From the NCBI GenBank assembly GCA_934168355.1, contig CAKPNI010000003.1:15081-79080 (forward strand): 64,000 nucleotides of DNA, given 5' to 3'. The notes beneath the pieces are model-generated. The model was not told where the DNA came from. It did not search any database and saw only the letters and a list, made by a program, of their open reading frames with translations. The DNA comes from an uncultured Clostridia bacterium (lineage in GTDB: Bacteria > Bacillota > Clostridia > TANB77 > CAG-508). Shown in pieces: positions 20,828-30,840 of this stretch. A program made the position numbers and the translations under genes. Each line of letters opens with the position of its first letter. Position 1 is the stretch's first letter.

Positions 20828-21727
20828 ATGGAAAATAAAGCAATAAAATTTTTAGCCTATAACAAAAAAGTATCAGTAATGTGTATAGACACAACAGAGC
20901 TTGTAGAACAAATAAGAAAAATACATGACCTAACACCAACAGTAACTGCAGCAGCAGGAAGAGTAGCAACTGTTGCAGCAATGATGGCTCATTTAGAAAC
21001 AAAAGAAATAACAGACAATATAACAATCCAAATAAAAGGAACAGGACCAATAGGAAGTATAGTAGCAGTAGCGGGGCTAGAAAACGAAAAACTAGCAAAT
21101 GTAAAAATGTATGTACAAAATCCGCATGTAGAACTACCACTAAAGGCAAATGGAAAAATAGATGTGGGTGGAGCAGTAGGGAACCAAGGATATCTAAATG
21201 TAATAAAGCAAAATGAATTGACAAATAGCAATTATAATGGTTTAATACCGCTAGTATCTGGAGAAATAGCAGAAGACTTTACAGAATTTTTTGCAAAATC
21301 AGAGCAAAAACCAACAGCACTATCTCTTGGAGTACTTGTAAACAAAGATGGAGTAAAAAGAGCAGGAGGATACATAATAAATCCAATGCCAGATGCAACA
21401 GAAGAAGAAATATCAAAAATAGAAGAAGCAATAAAGAAAGCAAAACCAATATCAGAAATGTTAGATGATGGAATGACATTAGAAGAAATTGCTAAAATAG
21501 TAACAGGAGATGAAAATATAGAAACACTAGAACAAGACCTAGATGTCATATATAAATGCAATTGCAGTAAGGAAAAAATAGAAAGTGGAATAATATCACT
21601 AGGAAAAGAAGAAATATCCAAAATAATAGAAGAAGATGGCAAATTAGAAGCAGAATGCCATTTCTGCCATAAAAAATATAATTTTTCACAAGAAGAACTA
21701 AATGAAATAGAAAAGGGAGCCAAATAA
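20828..21727 (+). CDS. hslO: Redox-regulated chaperone Hsp33
   Basis: About 300 aa with the C-terminal zinc centre CNCSKEK...CHFCHKKY (CxC..CxxC). ATG 20828 was chosen because the upstream part of the track ORF only translates repeat copy B. Confidence 0.85.
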   Translation: MENKAIKFLAYNKKVSVMCIDTTELVEQIRKIHDLTPTVTAAAGRVATVAAMMAHLETKEITDNITIQIKGTGPIGSIVAVAGLENEKLANVKMYVQNPHVELPLKANGKIDVGGAVGNQGYLNVIKQNELTNSNYNGLIPLVSGEIAEDFTEFFAKSEQKPTALSLGVLVNKDGVKRAGGYIINPMPDATEEEISKIEEAIKKAKPISEMLDDGMTLEEIAKIVTGDENIETLEQDLDVIYKCNCSKEKIESGIISLGKEEISKIIEEDGKLEAECHFCHKKYNFSQEELNEIEKGAK

Positions 21728-21728
21728 A

Positions 21729-22220
21729 ATGATAGTAGATAAAGTAGAAGAATTTTGTTTAAAAATATTAGAAAAAATAGGATTAAAAGCACTGGCAGAT
21801 TGGTACAGAAAACATCAAGAAGGTATGAGATATTTAGTTTTTGGAGCATTAACAACAATAGTAAACATATTAGTATATACAATTTTTTCAGCATTAATAT
21901 TAAAAGGATTAGATAATGATTCTTTAAGAGTAAATATAAGTGAAATAATAGCATTTATAGCAGGAGTTGTATTTGCATATATAACAAACAAACTATATGT
22001 ATTTAATAGTCAAACCACAGGAAAAAAAGACCTCTTACGAGAGATAGCCTCTTTCTTTAGCTGTAGAATATTTACAGAAATAATAAGTATCCTAATGATG
22101 AACGCAGCTGTATGGTTTAGCATAAACGATATTTTAATGAAGGTTGTATCAAATATCGTAGTAATAATACTAAATTTTGTATTCAGTAAAATTTTAATAT
22201 TTAAAGGAAAGAAGGAATAA
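21729..22220 (+). CDS. GtrA-family membrane protein
   Basis: 163 aa, four TM helices, YLVFGALTTIVN..FSKILIFK pattern typical of GtrA-like proteins. Confidence 0.6.
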   Translation: MIVDKVEEFCLKILEKIGLKALADWYRKHQEGMRYLVFGALTTIVNILVYTIFSALILKGLDNDSLRVNISEIIAFIAGVVFAYITNKLYVFNSQTTGKKDLLREIASFFSCRIFTEIISILMMNAAVWFSINDILMKVVSNIVVIILNFVFSKILIFKGKKE

Positions 22221-22224
22221 AATT

Positions 22225-24957
22225 ATGGAAAATAACTGGTTTAACAAAACTGTTCAAGAAACAGAAAAAAATCTTGAAACAAATATTAAAACAGGATTAA
22301 CACAAGAACAAATAAACGAAAAACTTGCAAATCATGGTCTAAATGAACTACAAGCTCAAAAGAAAAAATCACTATTCATAAAATTTTTAGAGCAATTCAA
22401 AGACTTTATGATAATAATACTAATATTTGCAGCAATAATCTCAGGAGCAGTATCAATAGCACAAGGAGAAGCAATAACAGATTCAATAATAATACTAATA
22501 GTAGTAATAGTAAATAGTATAATAGGAGTAGCACAAGAAGCAAAAGCAGAAAAATCACTAGAAGCATTGCAAAAACTAAGTGGGCATGAAGCAAAAGTAA
22601 TAAGAGATGGAAATCTACAAACAGTGCCTGCAAAAGACCTAGTACCGGGTGATGTTGTAGTGCTAGAAACAGGAGATTATGTACCAGCAGACCTAAGAAT
22701 AATAGAAGCAGTAAACCTAAAGGCGCAAGAAGCATCACTTACTGGAGAATCAGTACCAGTAGAAAAACAAGCAAGCAAAATAGACGAAAAAGAAGTACCA
22801 ATTGGAGATAGAACAAACATGCTATTTTCTTCAAGTCTAATAACATATGGAAGAGGAAAAGCAATAGTAGTAGAAACAGGAATGAAAACAGAAGTAGGAA
22901 AAATAGCAGGAATGTTATCAAACCAAGAAGAAAAAGAAACACCACTTCAAGCAAAACTAAACAACCTTGGAAAAACACTTGGAATTGCTGCAATAGTTAT
23001 ATGTGTGATAATATTTGCAGCAGGGCTAATACAAGGAAAACCAGCAATATCAATGTTTATGACAGCAGTAAGTCTAGCAGTTGCAGCAATACCAGAAGGC
23101 TTAGCTGCGGTATCTACGATTGTTCTAGCAATAGGTGTTCAAAAAATGGTAAAGAAAAATGCAATAGTAAAACACTTACCAGCAGTTGAAACATTAGGAA
23201 GTAGTTCTGTAATTTGTTCAGACAAAACAGGAACATTAACACAAAACAAAATGACAGTTCAAAAAATGTATGTAAATGATGTAACATATGATATGACTAA
23301 TATTGAAGACATAACTAAATATGAAAATGCAAACCAAGAAATAAAACTATTAGTATATAATGGAATGTTATGTAATGACACAAAAATATCAGAAGATGGA
23401 GAATTAAAAGGAGACCCAACAGAAACTGCACTTGTCGATATTGCTTTAAAATTAGGTTTTACCAAAAACATATATGATGATATGCCAAGAGTAGATGAAA
23501 TACCATTTGATTCAGACAGAAAGTTAATGACAACAGTTCACAAAGTAAATAATAAATATATTGTCTTTACAAAAGGTGGAATAGATGAACTACTTTCAAT
23601 TTGTAATTCATATATACAAAATGGAGAGCAAAAATCAGATTTACAAAATTATAGATATAGAATTAACGAAATAAATGAAACAATGGCAAAAGATGCATTA
23701 AGAGTTTTAGGCTTTGCATATAAAGAATTAGATTATAAACCAGAAGTGACAGAGCTTGAAAACAATTTAACATTTGTTGGAATGTATGGAATGATAGACC
23801 CACCAAGGGAAGAAGCAAAACAAGCTGTAGAAAAATGCAAATCAGCAGGAATAAAAACAGTTATGATTACAGGAGACCACAAAATAACAGCAACAGCAAT
23901 TGCAAAAAAATTAGGAATATTGGAAAAAGAAGATGAAGCAATAACAGGAACAGAACTTGATAAAATATCAGATGAACAATTGGAAAAAGATATAAAAAAA
24001 TACTCTGTATATGCAAGAGTTGCACCTGAGCATAAGGTAAGAATTGTAAAAGCTTGGCAAAAAAATGGCGAAACTGTTGCAATGACAGGTGATGGAGTAA
24101 ATGATAGTCCGGCCCTAAAACAAGCAGACATAGGTTGTGCCATGGGAGTTGTAGGAACAGATGTTGCAAAAGAAGCGGCAGATGTAATATTAACAGATGA
24201 CAATTTTGCAACAGTAGTATCAGCAGTAGAAGAGGGACGAAGAATATATGACAATATTTTAAAAGTAATCCAATTTCTACTATCAAGCAATATTGGTGAA
24301 ATAGTAGTACTACTTTTAGCAACATTAGGAACAGGATTATTTGCAAAATGGTTTGGAATTACAGATATAGCACACTTAGAAATTTTAATGCCAATTCACA
24401 TATTATGGATAAATTTGGTTACAGACTCACTTCCAGCATTAGCCTTAGCATTTGACCCAGCAAACAAAAATATAATGGAAAGAAAGCCATTAAAAACAGG
24501 AAAAGGAATATTTACAAAATCAATGACATTTAGAATTATTTATCAGGGAGTCATGATTGGAATTTTAACATTAGCGGCATTTATGATAGGTTTAGCCACA
24601 ACAAATACACCAATAGATGGATTAACATTAGATGAATCAAAAATAGAAGTTGGTCAAACAATGGCATTTATTGTATTAGCACTTTCTGAACTTGTACATG
24701 TATTTAATGTTAGAAACAATAAAAAATCAATATTCAAAACAGGAATATTTGACAACATGAAACTTATTGGAGCAATTATTATATCTGCATTATTAATGCT
24801 TGTAATACTATTTGTTCCAACACTAAGAACAATATTTAGTATACCTGTTTTACCTACTGACAATATTGTAGAAGTTATTTGCTTGGTTTTTGCACCTATT
24901 GTTATTGTCGAATTATTTAAGTTTTTTAAAATTAATTCTTTTGAAGATGAAGAATAA
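22225..24957 (+). CDS. P-type Ca2+-transporting ATPase (P2A/PMCA-like)
   Basis: Phosphorylation site CSDKTGTLT, TGES, MITGDH and hinge TGDGVNDSPALK. 910 aa. Confidence 0.9.
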   Translation: MENNWFNKTVQETEKNLETNIKTGLTQEQINEKLANHGLNELQAQKKKSLFIKFLEQFKDFMIIILIFAAIISGAVSIAQGEAITDSIIILIVVIVNSIIGVAQEAKAEKSLEALQKLSGHEAKVIRDGNLQTVPAKDLVPGDVVVLETGDYVPADLRIIEAVNLKAQEASLTGESVPVEKQASKIDEKEVPIGDRTNMLFSSSLITYGRGKAIVVETGMKTEVGKIAGMLSNQEEKETPLQAKLNNLGKTLGIAAIVICVIIFAAGLIQGKPAISMFMTAVSLAVAAIPEGLAAVSTIVLAIGVQKMVKKNAIVKHLPAVETLGSSSVICSDKTGTLTQNKMTVQKMYVNDVTYDMTNIEDITKYENANQEIKLLVYNGMLCNDTKISEDGELKGDPTETALVDIALKLGFTKNIYDDMPRVDEIPFDSDRKLMTTVHKVNNKYIVFTKGGIDELLSICNSYIQNGEQKSDLQNYRYRINEINETMAKDALRVLGFAYKELDYKPEVTELENNLTFVGMYGMIDPPREEAKQAVEKCKSAGIKTVMITGDHKITATAIAKKLGILEKEDEAITGTELDKISDEQLEKDIKKYSVYARVAPEHKVRIVKAWQKNGETVAMTGDGVNDSPALKQADIGCAMGVVGTDVAKEAADVILTDDNFATVVSAVEEGRRIYDNILKVIQFLLSSNIGEIVVLLLATLGTGLFAKWFGITDIAHLEILMPIHILWINLVTDSLPALALAFDPANKNIMERKPLKTGKGIFTKSMTFRIIYQGVMIGILTLAAFMIGLATTNTPIDGLTLDESKIEVGQTMAFIVLALSELVHVFNVRNNKKSIFKTGIFDNMKLIGAIIISALLMLVILFVPTLRTIFSIPVLPTDNIVEVICLVFAPIVIVELFKFFKINSFEDEE

Positions 24958-24975
24958 ATTTTATAGACTAATTAG

Positions 24976-25004
24976 TTGACAAATTTTGTGAAAAAGTATA
25001 TACT
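24976..25004 (+). promoter_or_regulatory. Sigma-A-type promoter candidate for the NlpC/P60 gene
   Basis: TTGACA (24976) - 17 nt - TATACT (24999). Confidence 0.5.
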
Positions 25005-25039
25005 AGCACTTGTCGAAAAAATAAAAATAGGAGAGAACA

Positions 25040-26482
25040 ATGAATAAAAAAGCAAAAATAGGGCTGATTATGCTAGCCTTAATAATATCAATATTTTCAA
25101 CAAAAGCATATGCTACAAATGGAAAAGTAAATCAAGAAACAATAAGAATGAGAAAAGAAACATCAACAGACTCTAGCATAGTGACTTTAATATCACTAAA
25201 TGAAGAAGTAGAAATATTATCAGAAGATGGAGAATGGTACAAAATAAAATATAAGACATATACAGGTTATGTAAGAAAAGACATGTTAGATGTTGAGGGA
25301 AAAACAACAACAGTTTCATCAAATAGTAATGAACAAGTTAATGAAACAAACAGTACCCCAAATACAACAACAGAAAACAATGAAACAACAGACAACGCAA
25401 CTAATGAAACTGTAAATACGACATCAAGAAATGAAAATACAAATACATCAGAGGAAGGCAAACAAACAATAGAAACAGGATATGTTGGAACAATATCATC
25501 AAAACTAGAATTAAAATTAGTACCATCAATAACTTCAAGTAATATAAACACAATTGAGGAAAACTCAAAAATCACAATAAAAGACATAATGAACAAATGG
25601 AGTTATATAGAAACAGAAGAAAAAGCTGGATGGGTACTTACAAGTAAAATACAAATAGCAGAGCAAAAAGAAGAAAACAAAATAGAAGAAGTAAAACAAG
25701 AAGAAAATAAAGAAACAACAACGACATCGGTATCAGAAGAGAGAAAAGTAGAAGAAAGCAAAGAAACAGAAAAAAAAGAAGAAACTAAAAAGACGGCAGA
25801 GGTAACAAAATATGTATCAACAGAAACTCTAAACATGAGAGAAACAGCTGATAATAATGCAAAATTAGTAAATCAATTAAAGATAAATACAAAAGTAACA
25901 GTTGTAGAAACTTCAGGAACATGGTCAAAAATAAAAGTAAACGGAAAAACAGGCTATGTTGCAAGTAAGTATTTATCAGACAAAAAGGTAGAAGTAACAT
26001 CAAGAAGTGAAGAAATAGATAGAGGTAATAAAAATTCACAAAAAGAAGAAAAAACTACAAAAACAGAAAGTAAAACAAATACAACTACATCATCAAATTC
26101 TGGTTCATCTGGAAGTGGGATAGTTGCATGTGCGAAACAATACTTAGGGTGTAGATATGTATCAGGTGGTTCATCACCATCAACAGGTTTTGACTGTTCT
26201 GGATTTACATCATATGTATACAAACAATGCGGAATAAGTATAAGTAGGTCATCTGGAGCTCAAGCATCAAATGGAACTGCGGTATCAAAATCAAATTTGC
26301 AACCAGGCGATTTGGTAATATTTAATAATAGAGCAAACACATCTGTAGGTCATGTTGGAATCTATATTGGTGGAAACACATTTATACATGCAGGAAATTC
26401 AGGAACAGGTGTAATTACAACATCTTTATCAGATAGTTATTATTCCGCAAGATATGTAACAGGAAGAAGAATAATAAATTAA
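25040..26482 (+). CDS. Secreted SH3b-domain NlpC/P60 peptidoglycan endopeptidase
   Basis: Signal peptide, two SH3-like segments, and a low-complexity T/N/E/K linker. The C-terminal domain has a catalytic Cys in GFDCSGFTSYVY and His in GHVGIYIG. Confidence 0.8.
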   Translation: MNKKAKIGLIMLALIISIFSTKAYATNGKVNQETIRMRKETSTDSSIVTLISLNEEVEILSEDGEWYKIKYKTYTGYVRKDMLDVEGKTTTVSSNSNEQVNETNSTPNTTTENNETTDNATNETVNTTSRNENTNTSEEGKQTIETGYVGTISSKLELKLVPSITSSNINTIEENSKITIKDIMNKWSYIETEEKAGWVLTSKIQIAEQKEENKIEEVKQEENKETTTTSVSEERKVEESKETEKKEETKKTAEVTKYVSTETLNMRETADNNAKLVNQLKINTKVTVVETSGTWSKIKVNGKTGYVASKYLSDKKVEVTSRSEEIDRGNKNSQKEEKTTKTESKTNTTTSSNSGSSGSGIVACAKQYLGCRYVSGGSSPSTGFDCSGFTSYVYKQCGISISRSSGAQASNGTAVSKSNLQPGDLVIFNNRANTSVGHVGIYIGGNTFIHAGNSGTGVITTSLSDSYYSARYVTGRRIIN

Positions 26483-26490
26483 GGAGGATT

Positions 26491-29022
26491 ATGCTAGAAA
26501 ACAGAAAGGTTTTAACAGCAGTAATCGGATATATTTTAGGAATATTAATGGGGCTATATTGTAAAATCAGTATAGTCCTTTTTTATATTTTAATTTTTCT
26601 AATATATTTGATTATTGGAAATAAAAGTAAAAAAGATAAATTCAAATTATTTTCATGTAAAAGATATTTTAGATATGCAAAAATTGTATTCAATAAAAAA
26701 GTGATTAAAATCATAATAATTTTTTCGATTGTATCAAACACAATTGTACTTTTTCAAAATTATAAATACGAAAATTTATATAAAAATTTAGATTGTAAAG
26801 ATTGTAAATTTCAAGGATTGGTATGTAATGTAACAAGTGACAAAGTGAAAGTAAAAATATTGGATAATAAGTATAAAAATACATATTTGTATATTTATTT
26901 AAAAGATGTGGAGGTGCAATATGGTGATAAAATTATCTTTTATGGAACTTTTAGTAGACCAGAAAAACGTTCAAATTACAAGGGATTTGATAAATTTGAA
27001 TATTATAAGACTTTGAAAATTTATGGAAGTGTAAAATGTACAAAGGTAAATGTTTTATCAAAGAATAATGGAAATATTATTAGAAAATATACTAATTTTT
27101 TTGCTTCAAAAATAAAGCAAAGAATTGAAACATCAAGTATAGGGCAAAATGAAAAATCCTTATTAGAGGGAATTTTGCTTGGAGATAAGGAAAACATAAC
27201 AGAAGAGATAAAAGAAAATTTTTCAGTAAGCAATATTTCACATTTGCTTGCAATTTCTGGAATGCATGTTTCTTATATTGTGCTTGCTGTAAATTTTATT
27301 ATGGGAAAAATAATAGGAAAACATTATTCAAAATTAGTAAGTAGCATCATAATTATAATCTATATGTGTATGGTAAATTTTACTCCGTCAATTGTAAGAG
27401 CTGGAATTACCGCAATTATTGTTATTATGGCAAATTTTGTTTATATGAAAAATGATATATATGAAGCTTTAAGTATAGCATTATTTATAATTTTGCTTAA
27501 TAATCCTTTTTCTATAAAAGACATAGGTTTACAATTATCATTTTTCGCGACAGTTGGGATTGTTGTAGTTGGAAGAAATATTAGAAATATATATGAGATA
27601 TGGTTAGATAAGGTGGCTAGAAGAGCTATAAGAAAAAACAAAAAGCTAGCAAAAAAAGTGATAAAAGCTTTGAGCTCCAAAATAGGTAAGACAATTATTG
27701 ATGCAATAATTATAACTATTTCTGCAACAATAACTGTTATGCCAATAATGGTTTTAAATTTTAATAGTATTGCAATTACTGGATTAATTATTAGTGTAAT
27801 TTCAAGTTTTATAATAGGACCAATAATGATAGTGGGTATCGTTTTTATTTTTGTAAGATTACAATTGGTAGAAATTTTAATGAATATTTTGTTGAATATA
27901 TTAATAAAATGTTCAAGTATAGGGGGAAAGCTTCCCTTAACTCAAATTTATTTAGTAACTCCAAAAATTTTTGAAATAATAATTTATTATTTAGGGATTT
28001 CTATCGTAAATGTTAATGTCTTAGTAAATTTAGATAAAACTCAAAGTGTATTTAAAGAGAGAATTAAAAATATATTCAAATTCATAAAATACAAATTAAA
28101 ATTTAGAAAAATTATTTCTTTTTTATTGATAATTTGTATGTTAAATTTTGTTTTTTATAACATCCCAAAAGACCTTAGAATTTACTTTGTAGACGTTGGA
28201 CAAGGAGACTGTACATTAATTGTCACACCAAATAATAAATCAATTTTAATAGATGGAGGAGGAAGCGAATTTACAAAATCAAATTTTAATGTTGGAAAAA
28301 GTATTCTTATGCCATATTTATTAGACAGGCAGATTGCAGTTGTAGATTATGTTATTTTTAGTCATATGGATTCAGACCATGCCCAAGGTTTGCTTTATAT
28401 TATGGAGAAGATGAAAGTTAAGAATGCTGTTATTGGCAGACAATATGAAAAAAGCAGTAATTATGAAAGTTTTATTAGAATTGCAAAAGAAAAGAAAATT
28501 AATGTGATAGTTGTAGAAGCGGGAGACAGAATTAATATTCAAAAAGGTTTATATTTTAATGTTTTGTGGCCAAGCAGTAGTCATATGATTTCGGAAAATG
28601 CTATAAATAACAATTCCTTAGTTTGTAAGCTGGTTTATAAAAATTTTTCTATGCTTTTTACAGGTGATATTGAGGAAGTGGCAGAAAAAGAAATTTTGAG
28701 GTTTTATGAAAATAGATTAGATTTACTGCGTTCCGATTGCTTAAAGGTTGCTCATCATGGCTCTAAGACTTCTTCAACTTTGGAGTTTTTAAATGCTGTT
28801 AATCCTAAAATTGCTTTGATTGGTGTTGGGAAAAATAATAATTTTGGTCATCCGGCAGAGGTTACTTTGGAGAATTTGAAGAGTTTAAATTGTAAGGTTT
28901 ATAGGACTGATGAGATGGGGGAGATTTGTGTTAGGAGTAATGGATTGTGGGTGAAAATTTCGAAATGGGGACGGTTCCTTTTTCAAAAAAGAACCGTCCC
29001 TAATTTGAAAAAAAGTGAATGA
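26491..29022 (+). CDS. comEC: DNA internalisation competence protein ComEC/Rec2
   Basis: Polytopic membrane core plus a C-terminal metallo-beta-lactamase fold (VDVGQGDCTLI, SHMDSDHAQG, KVAHHGSKTS). The last ~20 codons (KWGRFLFQKRTVP..) are translation of repeat copy C. Confidence 0.8.
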   Translation: MLENRKVLTAVIGYILGILMGLYCKISIVLFYILIFLIYLIIGNKSKKDKFKLFSCKRYFRYAKIVFNKKVIKIIIIFSIVSNTIVLFQNYKYENLYKNLDCKDCKFQGLVCNVTSDKVKVKILDNKYKNTYLYIYLKDVEVQYGDKIIFYGTFSRPEKRSNYKGFDKFEYYKTLKIYGSVKCTKVNVLSKNNGNIIRKYTNFFASKIKQRIETSSIGQNEKSLLEGILLGDKENITEEIKENFSVSNISHLLAISGMHVSYIVLAVNFIMGKIIGKHYSKLVSSIIIIIYMCMVNFTPSIVRAGITAIIVIMANFVYMKNDIYEALSIALFIILLNNPFSIKDIGLQLSFFATVGIVVVGRNIRNIYEIWLDKVARRAIRKNKKLAKKVIKALSSKIGKTIIDAIIITISATITVMPIMVLNFNSIAITGLIISVISSFIIGPIMIVGIVFIFVRLQLVEILMNILLNILIKCSSIGGKLPLTQIYLVTPKIFEIIIYYLGISIVNVNVLVNLDKTQSVFKERIKNIFKFIKYKLKFRKIISFLLIICMLNFVFYNIPKDLRIYFVDVGQGDCTLIVTPNNKSILIDGGGSEFTKSNFNVGKSILMPYLLDRQIAVVDYVIFSHMDSDHAQGLLYIMEKMKVKNAVIGRQYEKSSNYESFIRIAKEKKINVIVVEAGDRINIQKGLYFNVLWPSSSHMISENAINNNSLVCKLVYKNFSMLFTGDIEEVAEKEILRFYENRLDLLRSDCLKVAHHGSKTSSTLEFLNAVNPKIALIGVGKNNNFGHPAEVTLENLKSLNCKVYRTDEMGEICVRSNGLWVKISKWGRFLFQKRTVPNLKKSE
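28957..29020. repeat. Palindromic intergenic repeat, copy C (full palindrome), overlapping the comEC 3' end
   Basis: tttcgaaatggggacggttcctttttcaaaaaagaaccgtccctaatttgaaa, followed by aaaaaagtgaat. Confidence 0.85.
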
Positions 29023-29070
29023 ATGCGACTAAAAATAGTTGCATTTCAAAATAGAAAGGAGTATAATAAT

Positions 29071-29325
29071 ATGAGTAAATTAGAAAAAGAACTAAAAAGA
29101 CTAAAATCTAAACCAAAAGATTTTACATATGATGAGGCAAAAAAATTATTGAATAAATTAGAATTTTATGAGGAAAATAAAGGAAAGACATCAGGTTCAA
29201 GAGTGGCATTTGTAAATAATGAAAGAATAAAAATAGAGTTACATAAGCCACATCCGGGTAATGTTTTAAAATCATATCAGATAAATATATTAATAAAAAA
29301 ATTAAAAGAAATGGGAGTGATATAA
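29071..29325 (+). CDS. hicA: HicA-family toxin (mRNA interferase)
   Basis: 84 aa with GSRVAF...H.PHPGN..K pattern. Immediately precedes a HicB-like gene. Confidence 0.65.
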   Translation: MSKLEKELKRLKSKPKDFTYDEAKKLLNKLEFYEENKGKTSGSRVAFVNNERIKIELHKPHPGNVLKSYQINILIKKLKEMGVI

Positions 29326-29667
29326 ATGAAAAATATTATGACATATAAAGGTTATTGGGCTGAAATAAAATACAGTGATGAAGATGAGTGTTTTTGCGGA
29401 GAAATCGAGGGTTTGACAAAAGATAGTATATCATTTGAGGGAACAACTGTGAAAGAATTAAAAAAGGATTTCAAAGAAGCAATTGACCATTATTTATCAG
29501 TATGTAAAGAGAACAATGATGAACCAGATAAACAGTGTAAAGGTTCATTAAATGTAAGGCTTGGAACTGATTTGCATTGTAAAGCTAAAATGAAGTCAAT
29601 AGAAAAAAATATATCGATAAATGAATTAATTAAACAAGCTCTAATTTCGTATTTAAAAACAAATTAA
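29326..29667 (+). CDS. hicB: HicB-family antitoxin with C-terminal RHH-like tail
   Basis: YKGYWAEIKYSDEDECFCGEIEGL..SFEGTTVKELKKDFKEAIDHYL is a typical HicB N-domain. ATG abuts the hicA stop. Confidence 0.7.
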   Translation: MKNIMTYKGYWAEIKYSDEDECFCGEIEGLTKDSISFEGTTVKELKKDFKEAIDHYLSVCKENNDEPDKQCKGSLNVRLGTDLHCKAKMKSIEKNISINELIKQALISYLKTN

Positions 29668-29710
29668 TTTTTTTTGAAATGGGGACGGTTCCTTTTTCAA
29701 AAAAGTGAAT
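29668..29710. repeat. Palindromic repeat, copy D (left arm only)
   Basis: gaaatggggacggttcctttttcaaaaaag is identical over 30 nt to copy C. It is followed by the same aaaaaagtgaat. Confidence 0.8.
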
Positions 29711-29754
29711 AAAAACAAATAAATATGCCAAAATATGTAAGAGGTGTATTTATT

Positions 29755-30186
29755 ATGTGGAAAAAAATTTTAATGTCAATAGGTTTAATGATAATTCTAA
29801 TAGCAGGAATAGAAATATTCAACATATCAAAGAAAAATAAACCAGAAGAAGAAAAGAATATAGTACAAAATGAAACAGAAATATCAACAAGTAGATATGT
29901 AAAAGATGATTGCATAAATGAATGGCAAGATTATAGTGAAACTGTGCAAAATGATATAAGAGAAACAAGTGGAAATCTAAATGATGAAAACAAGCATTAT
30001 ATTTTAAGAGAAAAAGATGGATTTATAAACATATATTATATAAATGAAGATGAAGAAGAAATCCTTTATAAAGTAACAGATATAAGTACAACTTACCTAG
30101 GAGAAGAAGATATTAAAGAACTAAAAGAGGGGATAGAAGTAACAGGTTTGCAAAACTTAAACCAATTGCTAGAAGATTTTGAATAA
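29755..30186 (+). CDS. Hypothetical membrane-anchored protein
   Basis: ATG 29755 after AGAGGTG. One N-terminal TM helix and an acidic soluble domain. Confidence 0.4.
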   Translation: MWKKILMSIGLMIILIAGIEIFNISKKNKPEEEKNIVQNETEISTSRYVKDDCINEWQDYSETVQNDIRETSGNLNDENKHYILREKDGFINIYYINEDEEEILYKVTDISTTYLGEEDIKELKEGIEVTGLQNLNQLLEDFE

Positions 30187-30206
30187 AAGAGTGATTTAAT
30201 TAAAAA

Positions 30207-30752
30207 TCACTCTTTAAAATCCTTACAAACAATATTTTTTCCATACATAATTCCAGCAAACAAAGTCATACCAATAGCAATATAAAAGGCGTAAATAGTA
30301 ATAACAGAAAGTTCGGGAATACCTTTAGATAGCAAAGAAAGAACAATAGCAACAAAAAACAAAATCGTTGCGGCTTTGCCATACCACATACTATGAACTG
30401 TTACAACTTTTCTCTTATAAAGAACAAAAGCAACAGAAATCATAATAAGTTCTTTCAAAGTTAAAATTGCTAAAATCCAAAAGGGGATAATGCCTTTAAT
30501 AATAAGAGCAGAAATGGTACTGATTTGTGTGATTTTATCTGCCAAAGGGTCCATTAGTTTGCCCCAATCTGTAATTAAGTTATATTTTCTTGCAATTCTT
30601 CCATCTAAAACGTCTGTAATATTTGCAATTAAGAAAAATGCAAATGCTGCCCAATAATATTCTAATAAAATAAGTGCAAATATGATTGGTACGAATATTA
30701 GTCTTAGTACTGTTAGATAATTTGGTATGTTTCTTTTTTCAAATTTTGGCAT
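30207..30752 (-). CDS. pgsA: CDP-diacylglycerol--glycerol-3-phosphate 3-phosphatidyltransferase
   Basis: CDP-alcohol phosphatidyltransferase motif DVLDGRIARKYNLITDWGKLMDPLADK. 181 aa, polytopic. Confidence 0.85.
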   Translation of the reverse strand: MPKFEKRNIPNYLTVLRLIFVPIIFALILLEYYWAAFAFFLIANITDVLDGRIARKYNLITDWGKLMDPLADKITQISTISALIIKGIIPFWILAILTLKELIMISVAFVLYKRKVVTVHSMWYGKAATILFFVAIVLSLLSKGIPELSVITIYAFYIAIGMTLFAGIMYGKNIVCKDFKE

Positions 30753-30765
30753 ATGTTCCTCCTTT

Positions 30766-30833
30766 TCTCATTGGGACCGTTTCTTTTTCCATTTGGACCG
30801 TTTTTTTTCGCGAAATGAAACGGTCCAAATGAG
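30766..30833. repeat. Palindromic repeat, copy E (GGACCGTTT variant, three arms)
   Basis: ctcattgggaccgtttc, catttggaccgtttt and aaacggtccaaatgag, between pgsA and the Clp ATPase gene. Confidence 0.75.
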
Positions 30834-30840
30834 AAAAAAA

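Noticed and set aside
20646-21954. Long minus-strand ORFs (192 aa and 240 aa) opposite hslO and the GtrA gene.
   Set aside because: The translations are Leu/Phe-rich and typical of the antisense frame of A-rich coding DNA. They overlap strongly supported plus-strand genes.
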